Positions 28,102 to 38,067 of a stretch of 64,000 nt of DNA are shown here, piece by piece (position 1 is the first letter of the stretch; every line of letters begins with the position of its first letter). Under the pieces are notes generated by a model that was not told the origin of the DNA, made no database searches, and saw nothing but the letters and a program-made list of their open reading frames with translations. The DNA is from a virus, in IMG/VR virus record IMGVR_UViG_3300035670_000018, positions 1 through 64,000 of that record; one strand, 5' to 3'. The position numbers and the translations under genes are program-made.

Positions 28102-31100
28102 ATGAGCAGTAAATCAACAAGAAATAAACTAGTAACAAGTGCTTCTACAAGTATACCTAATAAGCAACCAACACAGACGCAAACTCAAACTCTTGTGCAA
28201 AATGCACAGGTTGTAACAAATACTACGACCGTTACACCAACTAGAGTTGTTCAGACTGTAGTACCTTCAACTACAACATCAGCCAGTTCGTCTGCGACAA
28301 CAGGTCAAATAGCATCTGTTGCTACAAAAACTGTTACTGAAACTGTAGTAGGAAATGTTCTAACAGATGTTTCTATTATTCCATATATGAGATATCTACC
28401 AATAGATTTTGTTGGTTACAGATTGCGTCCTAACAGACAGGTATGGTTTTATTTTGATGACAAGAGTGTGGATAAGTACATTCAAAAACCTAACATAATT
28501 GAGGTTAACACTTCCGCTCGCGTGGATGATATTAGAAGTGGCCCACAAAGAAACTTCAGAATTGGTTCTTCTACAGCTAGAATTCTACATGTAGAAAGAA
28601 ACGAAACTTCAGGAAATACAAGATTCTATGTGTCTGAGTTTACCAATCCTGCGTCATTTGCTGTAGGAGCTTCTGTTACTGTTCCTGGTGTTAGCTTCTC
28701 GTCAACGCTAAAAGCATATGACCATTATTCAGGAATTGTACAAAGTGGATCATCAAATACAGCAATCAAGTTTACGGCCGACGCTAATGGCACAACGGCA
28801 GATTACTATGTCGGTAATACCATCACAATTGTAAATGGAACAAATGCTGGACAGACAGCAGAGATTATTGGATATAATGCTACAAACAAGACAGCAAACG
28901 TAAGTCCTGCATTTAGAATTTCTTCAAGAGAAGATAGACTGATCTATACAATTGGTGACTACAGAAGTTGGTATGCGGCCAATACATTCCCAGCTGGATT
29001 TGTAACATCAAGAGGTCTGATTTCAGGTGTATTTCACGTTCCAGATCCAAACAAGAATCCGAATATAAAATTTAGAACAGGTGATAGAATATTCCGCATT
29101 CTTGATAATCCAAGAAACGACACAAGTTCATACACAACAAGAGCCGATTATCGCTTCACATCCAATGCTCTAGATTTGTCTAAGGCTCAGATCATTGAAC
29201 GTGATACAAACTATGATATCCCTATTGTACCTGTGCCTTCTCCTACTCCATCACCTACGAGAACACCAACGCCTACTCGCACACCTACTGCGACAAGTTC
29301 TCCTACACCAACACCAACATCTTCAAAGACACCGACACCTACAATTTCGTCGGCCGTTCCTAATAACTGTGCAGCACAAAGCACATCAGAAGCAAATGTT
29401 TTGAGTTGGACAAAACCACCTACTGGATACAAAGGATTTTCAATTCAGTTACAAAGAGACCGCGCAGCATATTGTGATAGAACTGGTGTTATCAGCACCA
29501 CACTTAATACAACCGTTAGCGGCTCACCAAATTCAACACTGAATGGAAAAAGAAGAGTTGGTAACATTTCATCTGCAACTTCAGCTGGAACAATATTCAA
29601 TACACCTACAGATCCTAATGGAAGAACATACATCATGTTCTGGACATTTGTGGGCAAAAAGTATGAAGGACCATTTGATGTAACAGGACTTTTTGTCTTT
29701 GAAGTTCTATATCAGACTGGCCTATCACTGAACTGTTTGAGATTGCCACACGATCCTATTGCACAGACATTCTATGTTTCTGCTGTTGATCATCCAGACG
29801 GTGTGTTCGTTACATCCGTTGACATGTTCTTCAAGAACAAGGGTGAATTGCTTCCAATTGAAGTGCAGTTGCGTCCAGTAGTTAATGGTGTTCCAAGCAG
29901 TAATACTGTTATTCCTGGAGCAACCACAACTTTGGATTCTGAAGATATTAACGTATCTAACTTTCCTGATGCAGCAAATGCAAGTACAAAAACAACGTTT
30001 AAGTTTTCAAGTCCTGTGTATCTCAACTCAGGATACGAATATGCCATAGTTGCCATTACTGATGATTTTGGATATGATTACTATGGTGCTGCTAAGGGTG
30101 AAAAGATAATTGGTACAGATAGAGTTGTTTCTATTCAACCTTTCTTAGGTTCATTGTTTAAGTCACAGAATCAAATGACCTGGACACCAATTCAAGATGA
30201 AGATATGATGTTCGTTCTTAACAGAGCAACATTTGATCCTCTTGAAGGTAGCGTTATCTTTGAAGAAGATAAAGAAGCATTGTATAGAGAAGTAACATCA
30301 AATACTGATTATAATTCATTTGATAGCATTAAGGCCAACACATACTATGATTCGTTTGAACTTAGATCAGATGCAATTGAGTTAAACAATACACAACTAG
30401 TTTATTACTATAAAGGTATGACAAATACCTCAAGAACAATGGCTACAGCCTATACAAACTTTTTACCAGATAATAGATTTGATTTGTCTGACAGAAATGT
30501 AATCATCAATCCACAACTTGATGAAAAGTCATTTGATATGCGTGTGGATCTAAAGACTAAGAATCCTGATGTATCACCTGTTGTATTCCATGAAAGACAG
30601 AATCTGGTTACAATTGAAAATCTGATTAACAATACAGGTTTGACAGCAGATAGATTTGTCATTACAAATCCTGGTTCCGGTTATACTACAACCAATGCTG
30701 CGATTACAATTACAAGTAATACTGGTTATGGAGCTAATGCCTATGCTATAGCTAATGCAACAACAGGAAACATTGTTTCTATTATTGTTGATAGTGAAGG
30801 CGTAGGTTATGTTGATGATGTAACAGCAACAATCGTTGGTGGTGCAGGTACAGGTGCAACATTGTCTGTATCAACTGAAACTGAAATATCTGGTGGTCCA
30901 GCTTTGGCCAGATATATTTCAAAAACAATTACACTTCTAGATGGATTTGATGCTGGTGATTTGAGAGTGTATCTAACAGCAGTAAAACCACCTGGTGCAA
31001 ACGTAAACGTATATTACAAGGTTCGTAACTCTTTTGATCCTGCGCGTATTGAAAATCGTAAGTGGGTAAGAATGATTCAAAAGACAAGTGAGTTTACGTT

Positions 31101-31305
31101 CTCAACAAATAGAACTCCTGTTGAATATGAATATAGACCGTCACTTACTTCAAATAACATTACATATTCAACAGACACAACAACATACAAGACGTTCAAT
31201 CAGTTTGCGATAAAGATTGTTCTTTCTGCACAAAATACAGTTGCTAACGCAATTCCATATGTTTTGGATGTCAGAGCAATTGCGCTTCCTGAGGACGCTT
31301 ACTAA
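28102..31305 (+). CDS. Large virion structural protein, VrlC/DUF4815-like C-terminal part with Pro/Thr linker and inserted domain
   Basis: IIPYMR, FRTG.R.FR, DPIAQTF, GVFVTSVD.FF, GSLFKSQN..TW...Q.ED, FAIKIVL....P...D.RAIAL. Confidence 0.8.
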   Translation: MSSKSTRNKLVTSASTSIPNKQPTQTQTQTLVQNAQVVTNTTTVTPTRVVQTVVPSTTTSASSSATTGQIASVATKTVTETVVGNVLTDVSIIPYMRYLPIDFVGYRLRPNRQVWFYFDDKSVDKYIQKPNIIEVNTSARVDDIRSGPQRNFRIGSSTARILHVERNETSGNTRFYVSEFTNPASFAVGASVTVPGVSFSSTLKAYDHYSGIVQSGSSNTAIKFTADANGTTADYYVGNTITIVNGTNAGQTAEIIGYNATNKTANVSPAFRISSREDRLIYTIGDYRSWYAANTFPAGFVTSRGLISGVFHVPDPNKNPNIKFRTGDRIFRILDNPRNDTSSYTTRADYRFTSNALDLSKAQIIERDTNYDIPIVPVPSPTPSPTRTPTPTRTPTATSSPTPTPTSSKTPTPTISSAVPNNCAAQSTSEANVLSWTKPPTGYKGFSIQLQRDRAAYCDRTGVISTTLNTTVSGSPNSTLNGKRRVGNISSATSAGTIFNTPTDPNGRTYIMFWTFVGKKYEGPFDVTGLFVFEVLYQTGLSLNCLRLPHDPIAQTFYVSAVDHPDGVFVTSVDMFFKNKGELLPIEVQLRPVVNGVPSSNTVIPGATTTLDSEDINVSNFPDAANASTKTTFKFSSPVYLNSGYEYAIVAITDDFGYDYYGAAKGEKIIGTDRVVSIQPFLGSLFKSQNQMTWTPIQDEDMMFVLNRATFDPLEGSVIFEEDKEALYREVTSNTDYNSFDSIKANTYYDSFELRSDAIELNNTQLVYYYKGMTNTSRTMATAYTNFLPDNRFDLSDRNVIINPQLDEKSFDMRVDLKTKNPDVSPVVFHERQNLVTIENLINNTGLTADRFVITNPGSGYTTTNAAITITSNTGYGANAYAIANATTGNIVSIIVDSEGVGYVDDVTATIVGGAGTGATLSVSTETEISGGPALARYISKTITLLDGFDAGDLRVYLTAVKPPGANVNVYYKVRNSFDPARIENRKWVRMIQKTSEFTFSTNRTPVEYEYRPSLTSNNITYSTDTTTYKTFNQFAIKIVLSAQNTVANAIPYVLDVRAIALPEDAY

Positions 31306-31544
31306 TGAAAAAACTGGCCAAGATTGAAGAAAGAGAAGAACTGCTCAAGGACATAAATTCTGGTGCGGTTCTTCTTTCGGATAAAAATGTAATGAATGAA
31401 TATCGGTCAAAGAAATCCATGATGAAAAATGTTCGGGATGTAAGTCTAGAACTAAATACAATAAAAGAAAGATTGTCTAAAGTGGATAAACTTGAAACCG
31501 ACATGCAAGAAATAAAAGAACTTCTAAGAGGATTGACAAAGTAA
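31305..31544 (+). CDS. Small coiled-coil protein
   Basis: L.KD..SGAV pattern and heptad C-terminus; translationally coupled. Confidence 0.7.
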   Translation: MKKLAKIEEREELLKDINSGAVLLSDKNVMNEYRSKKSMMKNVRDVSLELNTIKERLSKVDKLETDMQEIKELLRGLTK

Positions 31545-31545
31545 A

Positions 31546-33558
31546 ATGTCTATTGCAAACGTTACGCTAAACAATACATTTGATGAATGGCGCACAGTTA
31601 CCAATCAATTAATTCACTTTGTCAATGATGTTGATTCAGGAAATCTTACTAAGTTTTATTCAAATAGTGCTGTTCTCACTGTTACCGAAAACGTTGCGCG
31701 TAATGGTAAAAACTTTATCACTTTAAATGTTTCAAGCAATGTTCTAGACACATCAACTTTAAATCTTGCGACAGCCAATGCTGTAAATGTTGTATTTGCT
31801 GCATTAGCCAATACAGACGCAACAATTGTTTTACTATCTGATGCTGCTAACGTTATTAATGATAAAACAAATTCAGCATTCATTGTATCCAATATTGCAT
31901 TTGTACAGGCCAATACAGGCAGGGATCATGCTAATGCAAGTTTTGAGCAAGCTAATACTGGTAGAATCCATGCTAATTCATCTTTTGAACAAGCTAATAC
32001 AGCAAGAGTTCATGCTAATTTAGGATTTGCACAAGCTAATACTGGTAGAATTCATGCTAATAATGCATTTGAAAAAGCAAACGCAGCTTTTACATTAGCA
32101 GAAGTTGCTTCAGGAAACAGTTCAAATACAATCATCTCAAATAAAGCAGCTTTTGATACTGCAAATCTTGGTTTCCATCAAGCTAATACAGCAAGAGTTC
32201 ATGCAAATGCAAGTTTTGAGCAAGCTAATACAGCAAGAGTTCATGCAAATGCAGCATTTGCGGCCGCTAATAACGTTGCGCCTCAGATAACACCAACATT
32301 CATTCAAGCCAACACAGCGAGAGACCATGCAAATGCTGCATTTGCAGCCGCTAATACTGTTGCACCTCAAATAGCACCAGTTTTTTCTCAAGCTAATACA
32401 GCTAGAATTCATGCTAACAATGCTTTTGAGAGAGCAAATGCAGCCCTGCCAAACACATCTGGTGTATCATTTGCAGGTAATCTACAAATTCCAACAGGCA
32501 ATCTTACCCTTGGCGCAGGAACAAATCAAGGTATAAGACTTCATGTAAATCATCTCAATACTGTTGCAAACGTTGATCCTCAGATAAGAATTCTAAACGG
32601 TTCACAGTTTGTAAACTTCAATGCAAATACCAGCGCTGGTGCATGGAATGATTTGATGTTGAATAGAGACGCATCAATCATCTATAGTAGAGGTACATCA
32701 GATGATGACGCAAATCTTGTAATAGGTCCATGGACAGATAGTTCGTTTGGTTATAAGCAAGATGGCGAAGGTCGTCATGGCTTCAATACACTCAATCCTA
32801 GATTTACGATTGATGCTAACGGCTCAGCAAACATCGCTGGCTCTTTACTTGTTGGAAATCAAAATGTTATTCCAACACTGACTGCAAGCTTTATTCATGC
32901 TAACACTGCACATGTTTCAGCAAATGCTGGACTTACACAAGCTAACACAGCGAGAGACCATGCTAATGCTGCTTTCAATAAAGCTAACTCTACTACATTT
33001 ACTTCTAATGTAGTTATTAGCGTATCAGACAATGCAAATGCTGCTCTGAGAATTACGCAACTAGGCACAGGCGAAGTTTTAAGAGTAGAAGATGATTCTA
33101 ATCCGGATGCTACACCATTTGTAATTGATGCAACTGGTAATGTGCTGATTGGTCGTTCTACATCAACTGTAGGAAATGATGTTAAACTTGATGTTGCAGG
33201 TGGCATAAATGTTGCTGCAATTCTAATCAATGGTTCATATTCTCAGAGCATTATAACTCTGAATGGAGGTGGTAGTGCAGGCAACACAATAGATTGCAGC
33301 ATAGGCAATTATTTCCGTAAAAACGTTGCAAATGCAAACACATTCTTCTTTTCTAATGTTGTATCATCAAGAGCATATGCGTTTACATTTGAATTAAATT
33401 TGAGTGGTTCAGCCGTTATCACGTGGCCAGCAAGTGTAAGATGGCCTGGCGATGTTGCTCCAACTTTATCAATTGATAAAACTCACATATTGACATTCTT
33501 GACGGACGATAGCGGCTCAACATGGCGCGGTTCATCAATCTTGAACTATACAACATAA
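31546..33558 (+). CDS. Tail fibre protein with AN-heptad repeats
   Basis: N-terminal NTFDEWR..TN; repeated ANTARVH/ANASFEQ; C-terminal ITWPASVRWPG..APTLS domain. Confidence 0.75.
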   Translation: MSIANVTLNNTFDEWRTVTNQLIHFVNDVDSGNLTKFYSNSAVLTVTENVARNGKNFITLNVSSNVLDTSTLNLATANAVNVVFAALANTDATIVLLSDAANVINDKTNSAFIVSNIAFVQANTGRDHANASFEQANTGRIHANSSFEQANTARVHANLGFAQANTGRIHANNAFEKANAAFTLAEVASGNSSNTIISNKAAFDTANLGFHQANTARVHANASFEQANTARVHANAAFAAANNVAPQITPTFIQANTARDHANAAFAAANTVAPQIAPVFSQANTARIHANNAFERANAALPNTSGVSFAGNLQIPTGNLTLGAGTNQGIRLHVNHLNTVANVDPQIRILNGSQFVNFNANTSAGAWNDLMLNRDASIIYSRGTSDDDANLVIGPWTDSSFGYKQDGEGRHGFNTLNPRFTIDANGSANIAGSLLVGNQNVIPTLTASFIHANTAHVSANAGLTQANTARDHANAAFNKANSTTFTSNVVISVSDNANAALRITQLGTGEVLRVEDDSNPDATPFVIDATGNVLIGRSTSTVGNDVKLDVAGGINVAAILINGSYSQSIITLNGGGSAGNTIDCSIGNYFRKNVANANTFFFSNVVSSRAYAFTFELNLSGSAVITWPASVRWPGDVAPTLSIDKTHILTFLTDDSGSTWRGSSILNYTT

Positions 33559-33573
33559 CTTGGAAATTTTGAT

Positions 33574-35448
33574 ATGGAACCTACAGCACAAAGACTTATG
33601 TTTACATCGTCTGGAATTTCAGGCTGGGAAGTTATAAACTATTTACAAACAAACGCCGTGGCTGATGGTACAAACATTGATTTTCCTGTTGGTTATCAAG
33701 CAGGAGATTCAGTCTTTGCTGTATTTCTTTCTAGAGCGTCTAACGCATCTTCAACACCCTCTACTCCAACTTTACCTTCTGGATATAGAAACGTCCAAAA
33801 TACAAGTTTTGGCGGTAGTGAAGGTAGTGATAGAGGAAGACTGACTGTTTACATGTTAAATGAGATAACAACAGAAACATCATTTCCATACACAGGAGAC
33901 AACGGAACAGCAAATCATATTGTTTTGATTATTTTAAGAAAACCAGCAGATTTTGATTTAACTAAGATGGTTGTTTCTAACATAGACTATGCAAAATCGG
34001 TTGATATTGATGACCCTGACGAAGGAGATAATACGCCTACTTTACCATCAATAACTACCGATTTAGATGAAAATTTTATATTTGCAATAGGACTAACTAC
34101 CGATACCGGTGGTGCAGTATTATCAACACCCACCAACTACACCAGTTTGGTAAGAGTAAGTTCCGGTATAGCTTATAACATTACATACAGAAACGGTGTT
34201 GGAATAGGCACTGTTAATCCAGCTGATATGACAGCTTCTATATCAAGAACAAGTGCCGATGCTTCTATAGGTTCAACAATTGCTCTTCGTTCAAGACTTT
34301 ATGAATACAAAACAAATTTTACTAACTTTACAACTCAATCAGTAGATATTGGTGGAATTGTCCAAGAAAGCACACAACAAACATTTAATGCAGAAACACT
34401 AGATGATACTTCTTCTTCTTTTGCAATATCCATATCTGGCGGTAACAGTGCAGAGTATCAAATTAATGGTGGTTCATGGACTAGTTCTTCAGGAACAATA
34501 ACAAAAGGCGATACAGTTAACGTTCGTCAAACTTCTGTTACAGGTACTTCAGGCACAACTACAGCATCAACATGCACTCTAACAATCAACGGATTGGACT
34601 ACACATACACACTAAATACGCGAAGAGAACTTGTCGTCAGTGGTAGTGCAACGATTACACTTCCACTTCCTAACGGTGTAAATTCAATCTATGTTGTCGG
34701 TACCGGTGCTGGTGGTTCTGGCGGAGGCGCTAGTTCAAGTATTCGTGGTGGAGGTGGTGGTGGCGGCGGAGCAATGTCTATTATTCCATCACTCTCTGTA
34801 TCAAATGGACAAAGCTTAGTCATAACCGCAGGCCAGAGAACCACTAGTGCAAATGGTAAAGGTGGCAATAGTTCCATAACTATTTCAAGCACGACAGTAT
34901 GGAGAGCAGTAGGTGGTTGGGGTGGTCAGACAGCAAATTCTACACATGCTGGTGTTGGTGGACTAGGCGGAACAGCAGAAGGAAGTATAGGCACTATAAA
35001 GTTTTCGGGTGGCAATGGTGGTGATGGCGTAGTCTCTTCAAATACCGGCGCTGTTATCGGTGGAGGTGGTGGCGGCGCTGGAGGTTATAGTGCAAATGGT
35101 GGCGCTGGCGCTTCAGGCAATACATTACCTTCTAATGATGCGACTGGAGGAGTAGCAAACGTTACACCTAGTGCAGCAGCTACAGGTGGCGCAGGATCCG
35201 GAGGAGCATCTGCTTGTGGAGGTGGAGGTACTGGTATTTCCGGTGAAGGAACTTCAGGTGCGGCTGCAACAAGAGGTGGTAATGAAGGTTCACCTGACGC
35301 ATATGCATCCTCAGGTACTGCCTTTGTTGGTAATGGGTCATCATACAGAGACGCTGGTGACGGTGGTTTTTCTGGCGGTGGTGGTGGTGGATCTCCTGAT
35401 AGAGCTATAGGTAACGGTGAAGACGGTAGAATACGTATAACTTGGTAA
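33574..35448 (+). CDS. Glycine-rich adhesin/receptor-binding tip protein
   Basis: Ser/Thr-rich beta domains then poly-Gly motifs (GGGGGGA) ending GRIRITW; followed by a chaperone. Confidence 0.65.
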   Translation: MEPTAQRLMFTSSGISGWEVINYLQTNAVADGTNIDFPVGYQAGDSVFAVFLSRASNASSTPSTPTLPSGYRNVQNTSFGGSEGSDRGRLTVYMLNEITTETSFPYTGDNGTANHIVLIILRKPADFDLTKMVVSNIDYAKSVDIDDPDEGDNTPTLPSITTDLDENFIFAIGLTTDTGGAVLSTPTNYTSLVRVSSGIAYNITYRNGVGIGTVNPADMTASISRTSADASIGSTIALRSRLYEYKTNFTNFTTQSVDIGGIVQESTQQTFNAETLDDTSSSFAISISGGNSAEYQINGGSWTSSSGTITKGDTVNVRQTSVTGTSGTTTASTCTLTINGLDYTYTLNTRRELVVSGSATITLPLPNGVNSIYVVGTGAGGSGGGASSSIRGGGGGGGGAMSIIPSLSVSNGQSLVITAGQRTTSANGKGGNSSITISSTTVWRAVGGWGGQTANSTHAGVGGLGGTAEGSIGTIKFSGGNGGDGVVSSNTGAVIGGGGGGAGGYSANGGAGASGNTLPSNDATGGVANVTPSAAATGGAGSGGASACGGGGTGISGEGTSGAAATRGGNEGSPDAYASSGTAFVGNGSSYRDAGDGGFSGGGGGGSPDRAIGNGEDGRIRITW

Positions 35449-35457
35449 GGTAGAAAC

Positions 35458-35925
35458 ATGAAATACGCAAAAATAGTAAACAAAAAGATAACAAAATATC
35501 CATATCTTAGTCTTCAGACTGATTATCCAAACGTCAGTTTTCCTTCTCCTTTATCGGAAAGTATTCTTGCTGAGTATGGTGTTTACATTGTTCATGAAAC
35601 AGAAATGCCTGAAAAAAAGTGGAATGAAACTGTAGTAGAAGATATGCCTGTCTATGAAGGTGGTAAATGGATTCAGAAATGGAAAATACTTCCTATAGAT
35701 AAGGAAGAAAGACAAAAGAGACTTGATAACGAACTAAAAAACATCAAGAGCATTAGAAACAAGTTGCTGGCCGATTGTGATTGGACACAGTTACCTGACG
35801 CTGACCTTTCAGGAAAGAAAAAAGCTGAGTGGTCTGAATACAGAAAACAGCTTAGAGACCTTCCTAACAAATCAAGTGTTATTAAAAATCCATTCTCAGT
35901 CAAGTGGCCTAAGGTTCCAGAGTAA
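35458..35925 (+). CDS. Tail fibre assembly chaperone
   Basis: RNKLLADCDWTQLPD...W..YRKQLRDLP...WP..P. Confidence 0.85.
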   Translation: MKYAKIVNKKITKYPYLSLQTDYPNVSFPSPLSESILAEYGVYIVHETEMPEKKWNETVVEDMPVYEGGKWIQKWKILPIDKEERQKRLDNELKNIKSIRNKLLADCDWTQLPDADLSGKKKAEWSEYRKQLRDLPNKSSVIKNPFSVKWPKVPE

Positions 35926-35929
35926 ATCT

Positions 35930-35937
35930 TATAAATA
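35930..35937 (+). promoter_or_regulatory. T4 late promoter TATAAATA
   Basis: Exact consensus upstream of 35956. Confidence 0.75.
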
Positions 35938-35955
35938 CAAGAAAAAGGAATAAAA

Positions 35956-36294
35956 ATGGCAGCGTATACCGAACTGATAATGGATCAAGGATCAACGTTC
36001 AATAACATCATCAATCTGACCGATGATGTTACAAACGCAACATTGAACATCATCGGTTATGAAGTTCGCAGCCAAATGCGCCGCTCGTACTATTCAGCAA
36101 ATGCGACGGCAAACATCACTTGCACAATTACAGACTATGCAAATGGTGAAATAACCATGTCAATGACAGCAGCCAATACAGCAGCTATAAAAGCGGGTAG
36201 GTATCTGTTTGATTTGGAAACTGTTGACAGATTAAACACGACAGTAAGGGTTCTTGAAGGAATTATTACCGTAACACCTCAGATAACAAGGTAA
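35956..36294 (+). CDS. Small virion structural/adaptor protein
   Basis: L..DQG.TF, SQMRRSYYS, GRYLFDLE, RVLEGIITVTP. Confidence 0.7.
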   Translation: MAAYTELIMDQGSTFNNIINLTDDVTNATLNIIGYEVRSQMRRSYYSANATANITCTITDYANGEITMSMTAANTAAIKAGRYLFDLETVDRLNTTVRVLEGIITVTPQITR

Positions 36295-36301
36295 AGAAAC
36301 A

Positions 36302-36535
36302 ATGGGAACAAAGGTAATAGTAAACTCAGTATCTCCAAACAGAGTTTCTATAAACAATCAACAGAGAACAACTATTAGAACAGTAGGCATATCAACTTCA
36401 TCTGTCAGAAGAATTGGTGATCTAGTAGACGTTGATGTTTCTGATGCAGACAACAATGAAACTCTGGTATACGATAGCACAATAAATAAATATGTAGTAA
36501 AAACTTTACCGGGGATAGACGGAGGAACGTTCTAA
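36302..36535 (+). CDS. Small fibre-associated protein ending in DGGTF
   Basis: L.DVD......LVYD motif and C-terminal IDGGTF. Confidence 0.65.
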   Translation: MGTKVIVNSVSPNRVSINNQQRTTIRTVGISTSSVRRIGDLVDVDVSDADNNETLVYDSTINKYVVKTLPGIDGGTF

Positions 36536-36536
36536 A

Positions 36537-38045
36537 ATGTCTAATACTTTAATTCAAATCAAGAGAAGTATAGTTACTGCTACTCCTCCAAACGGCTCTC
36601 TTTCTTCTGGTGAACAAGCATATTCATATTCATCAAACACTCTATTTATAGGTACACCAGATGGAACTGGTGTTATCGCTGTTGGTGGTAAATACTATCT
36701 TGATACAATCACTTCTGCTTTTGCTGCTGCCAATGCTGCATTTTTAGCTGCTAACTCTGGTGCAACAGTAAGTGCTGCCTTTGCAACAGCTAATGCAGCT
36801 TTTGCTGCTGCTAACGGCGCTTTTGCTTCAGCTAATGCGGGACAATCAACAGCTAATGCGTCATTCAATCAAGCAAATACTGCAAGAATTCATGCTAACG
36901 CTGCTTTTTCTTCAGCTAATGCAGGTCAAGCAACAGCTAATGCTGCTTTTGCTGCTGCTAATGGAGCATTTGCTTCAGCTAATGCGGGTCAAGCAACTGC
37001 AAATGCGTCATATGCTTTCGCTAACTCTGCTCACACAACAGCTAACTTAGCATTTACTCATGCTAACGCTGCGTATGCTAAAGCAAATGCTGCTCTTCCT
37101 TTAGCTGGTGGAACAATTACTGGTGACTTGTCTGTTACAGGAAATATTGTTATTTCAGGTACGACAACCTATGCTAATACACAGACGCTTCTCATTGGTG
37201 ATAATATTTTTGTTGTTAATGCAGATTTGCCTAATAATGTTGCTCCATCTGAAGATGCAGGTTTTGTTGTCAATCGTGGCAATTCTGCAAATTCCGGTCT
37301 TATCTGGCTTGAAAATGTTGATAAGTGGGCACTTACAGATGGTACAGGCTATAAATATCTGGCCACAAATACAGATATTGAAGTTCTAACAGCGTTAAAT
37401 ATAGCATCGTTTGCTCACGCCGCCGCAGCCATGGCTACTGCTAATGGAGCATTTGCTTCAGCTAATGCGGGACAATCAACAGCCAATGCATCATTTAATC
37501 AAGCAAATACTGCAAGAACTCACGCTAATGCTGCTTTTGCTTCAGCTAATGCGTCATATGCTTTTGCTAACTCTGCTCACACAACAGCTAACTTAGCATT
37601 TACTCATGCTAACGCTGCTTTTGCTTCAGCTAATGCGGGTCAAGCAACTGCAAATGCGTCATATGCTTTCGCTAACTCTGCTCACAGAACAGCAAATCTT
37701 GCATTTACTCACGCTAACAATGCATATGCTCTGGCCAACTCTGCAACAGCACAAGCAGCTAATGCTGATTTTCTAACAAGCGGCACTGTCAATACCAATC
37801 GTATCTCTGGTTCATATACAGGTATTACTGGTGTAGGAACACTAACTGCTGGCACATGGAATGCTAATACAATTAAAGTTCCATATGGTGGCACTGGAAT
37901 GGTTTCATTCACAACAAACGGTATTCTATATGGTAACAGCACAGGGGATTTGAAGGCAACATCTGCTGGCACAGAAGGTCAAGTGCTACAAGCATCCGAT
38001 ACTGGTATTCCTCAGTTCGGTATGTTAGATGGAGGGGTTTTCTGA
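36537..38045 (+). CDS. Tail fibre protein with Ala/Asn heptad repeats
   Basis: N-terminal IQIKRS...L..GE.AYS; ANAAFAA repeats; V.YGGTG; C-terminal LDGGVF. Confidence 0.75.
   Translation: MSNTLIQIKRSIVTATPPNGSLSSGEQAYSYSSNTLFIGTPDGTGVIAVGGKYYLDTITSAFAAANAAFLAANSGATVSAAFATANAAFAAANGAFASANAGQSTANASFNQANTARIHANAAFSSANAGQATANAAFAAANGAFASANAGQATANASYAFANSAHTTANLAFTHANAAYAKANAALPLAGGTITGDLSVTGNIVISGTTTYANTQTLLIGDNIFVVNADLPNNVAPSEDAGFVVNRGNSANSGLIWLENVDKWALTDGTGYKYLATNTDIEVLTALNIASFAHAAAAMATANGAFASANAGQSTANASFNQANTARTHANAAFASANASYAFANSAHTTANLAFTHANAAFASANAGQATANASYAFANSAHRTANLAFTHANNAYALANSATAQAANADFLTSGTVNTNRISGSYTGITGVGTLTAGTWNANTIKVPYGGTGMVSFTTNGILYGNSTGDLKATSAGTEGQVLQASDTGIPQFGMLDGGVF
36969..37686 (+). 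repeat. Direct repeats within the fibre gene (~66-nt exact copy at ~36969-37035 and ~37620-37686, plus partial copies)
   Basis: tttgcttcagctaatgcgggtcaagcaactgcaaatgcgtcatatgctttcgctaactctgctcaca occurs twice. Confidence 0.85.
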
Positions 38046-38067
38046 TAATTGAAAGGATACTATTGTT

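Noticed and set aside
31890-37740. Short repeats resembling a CRISPR array or DGR template/variable repeat
   Set aside because: Repeats are in-frame coding heptads without unique spacers; no adenine-specific mismatch pattern noticed and no reverse transcriptase or cas genes in the window
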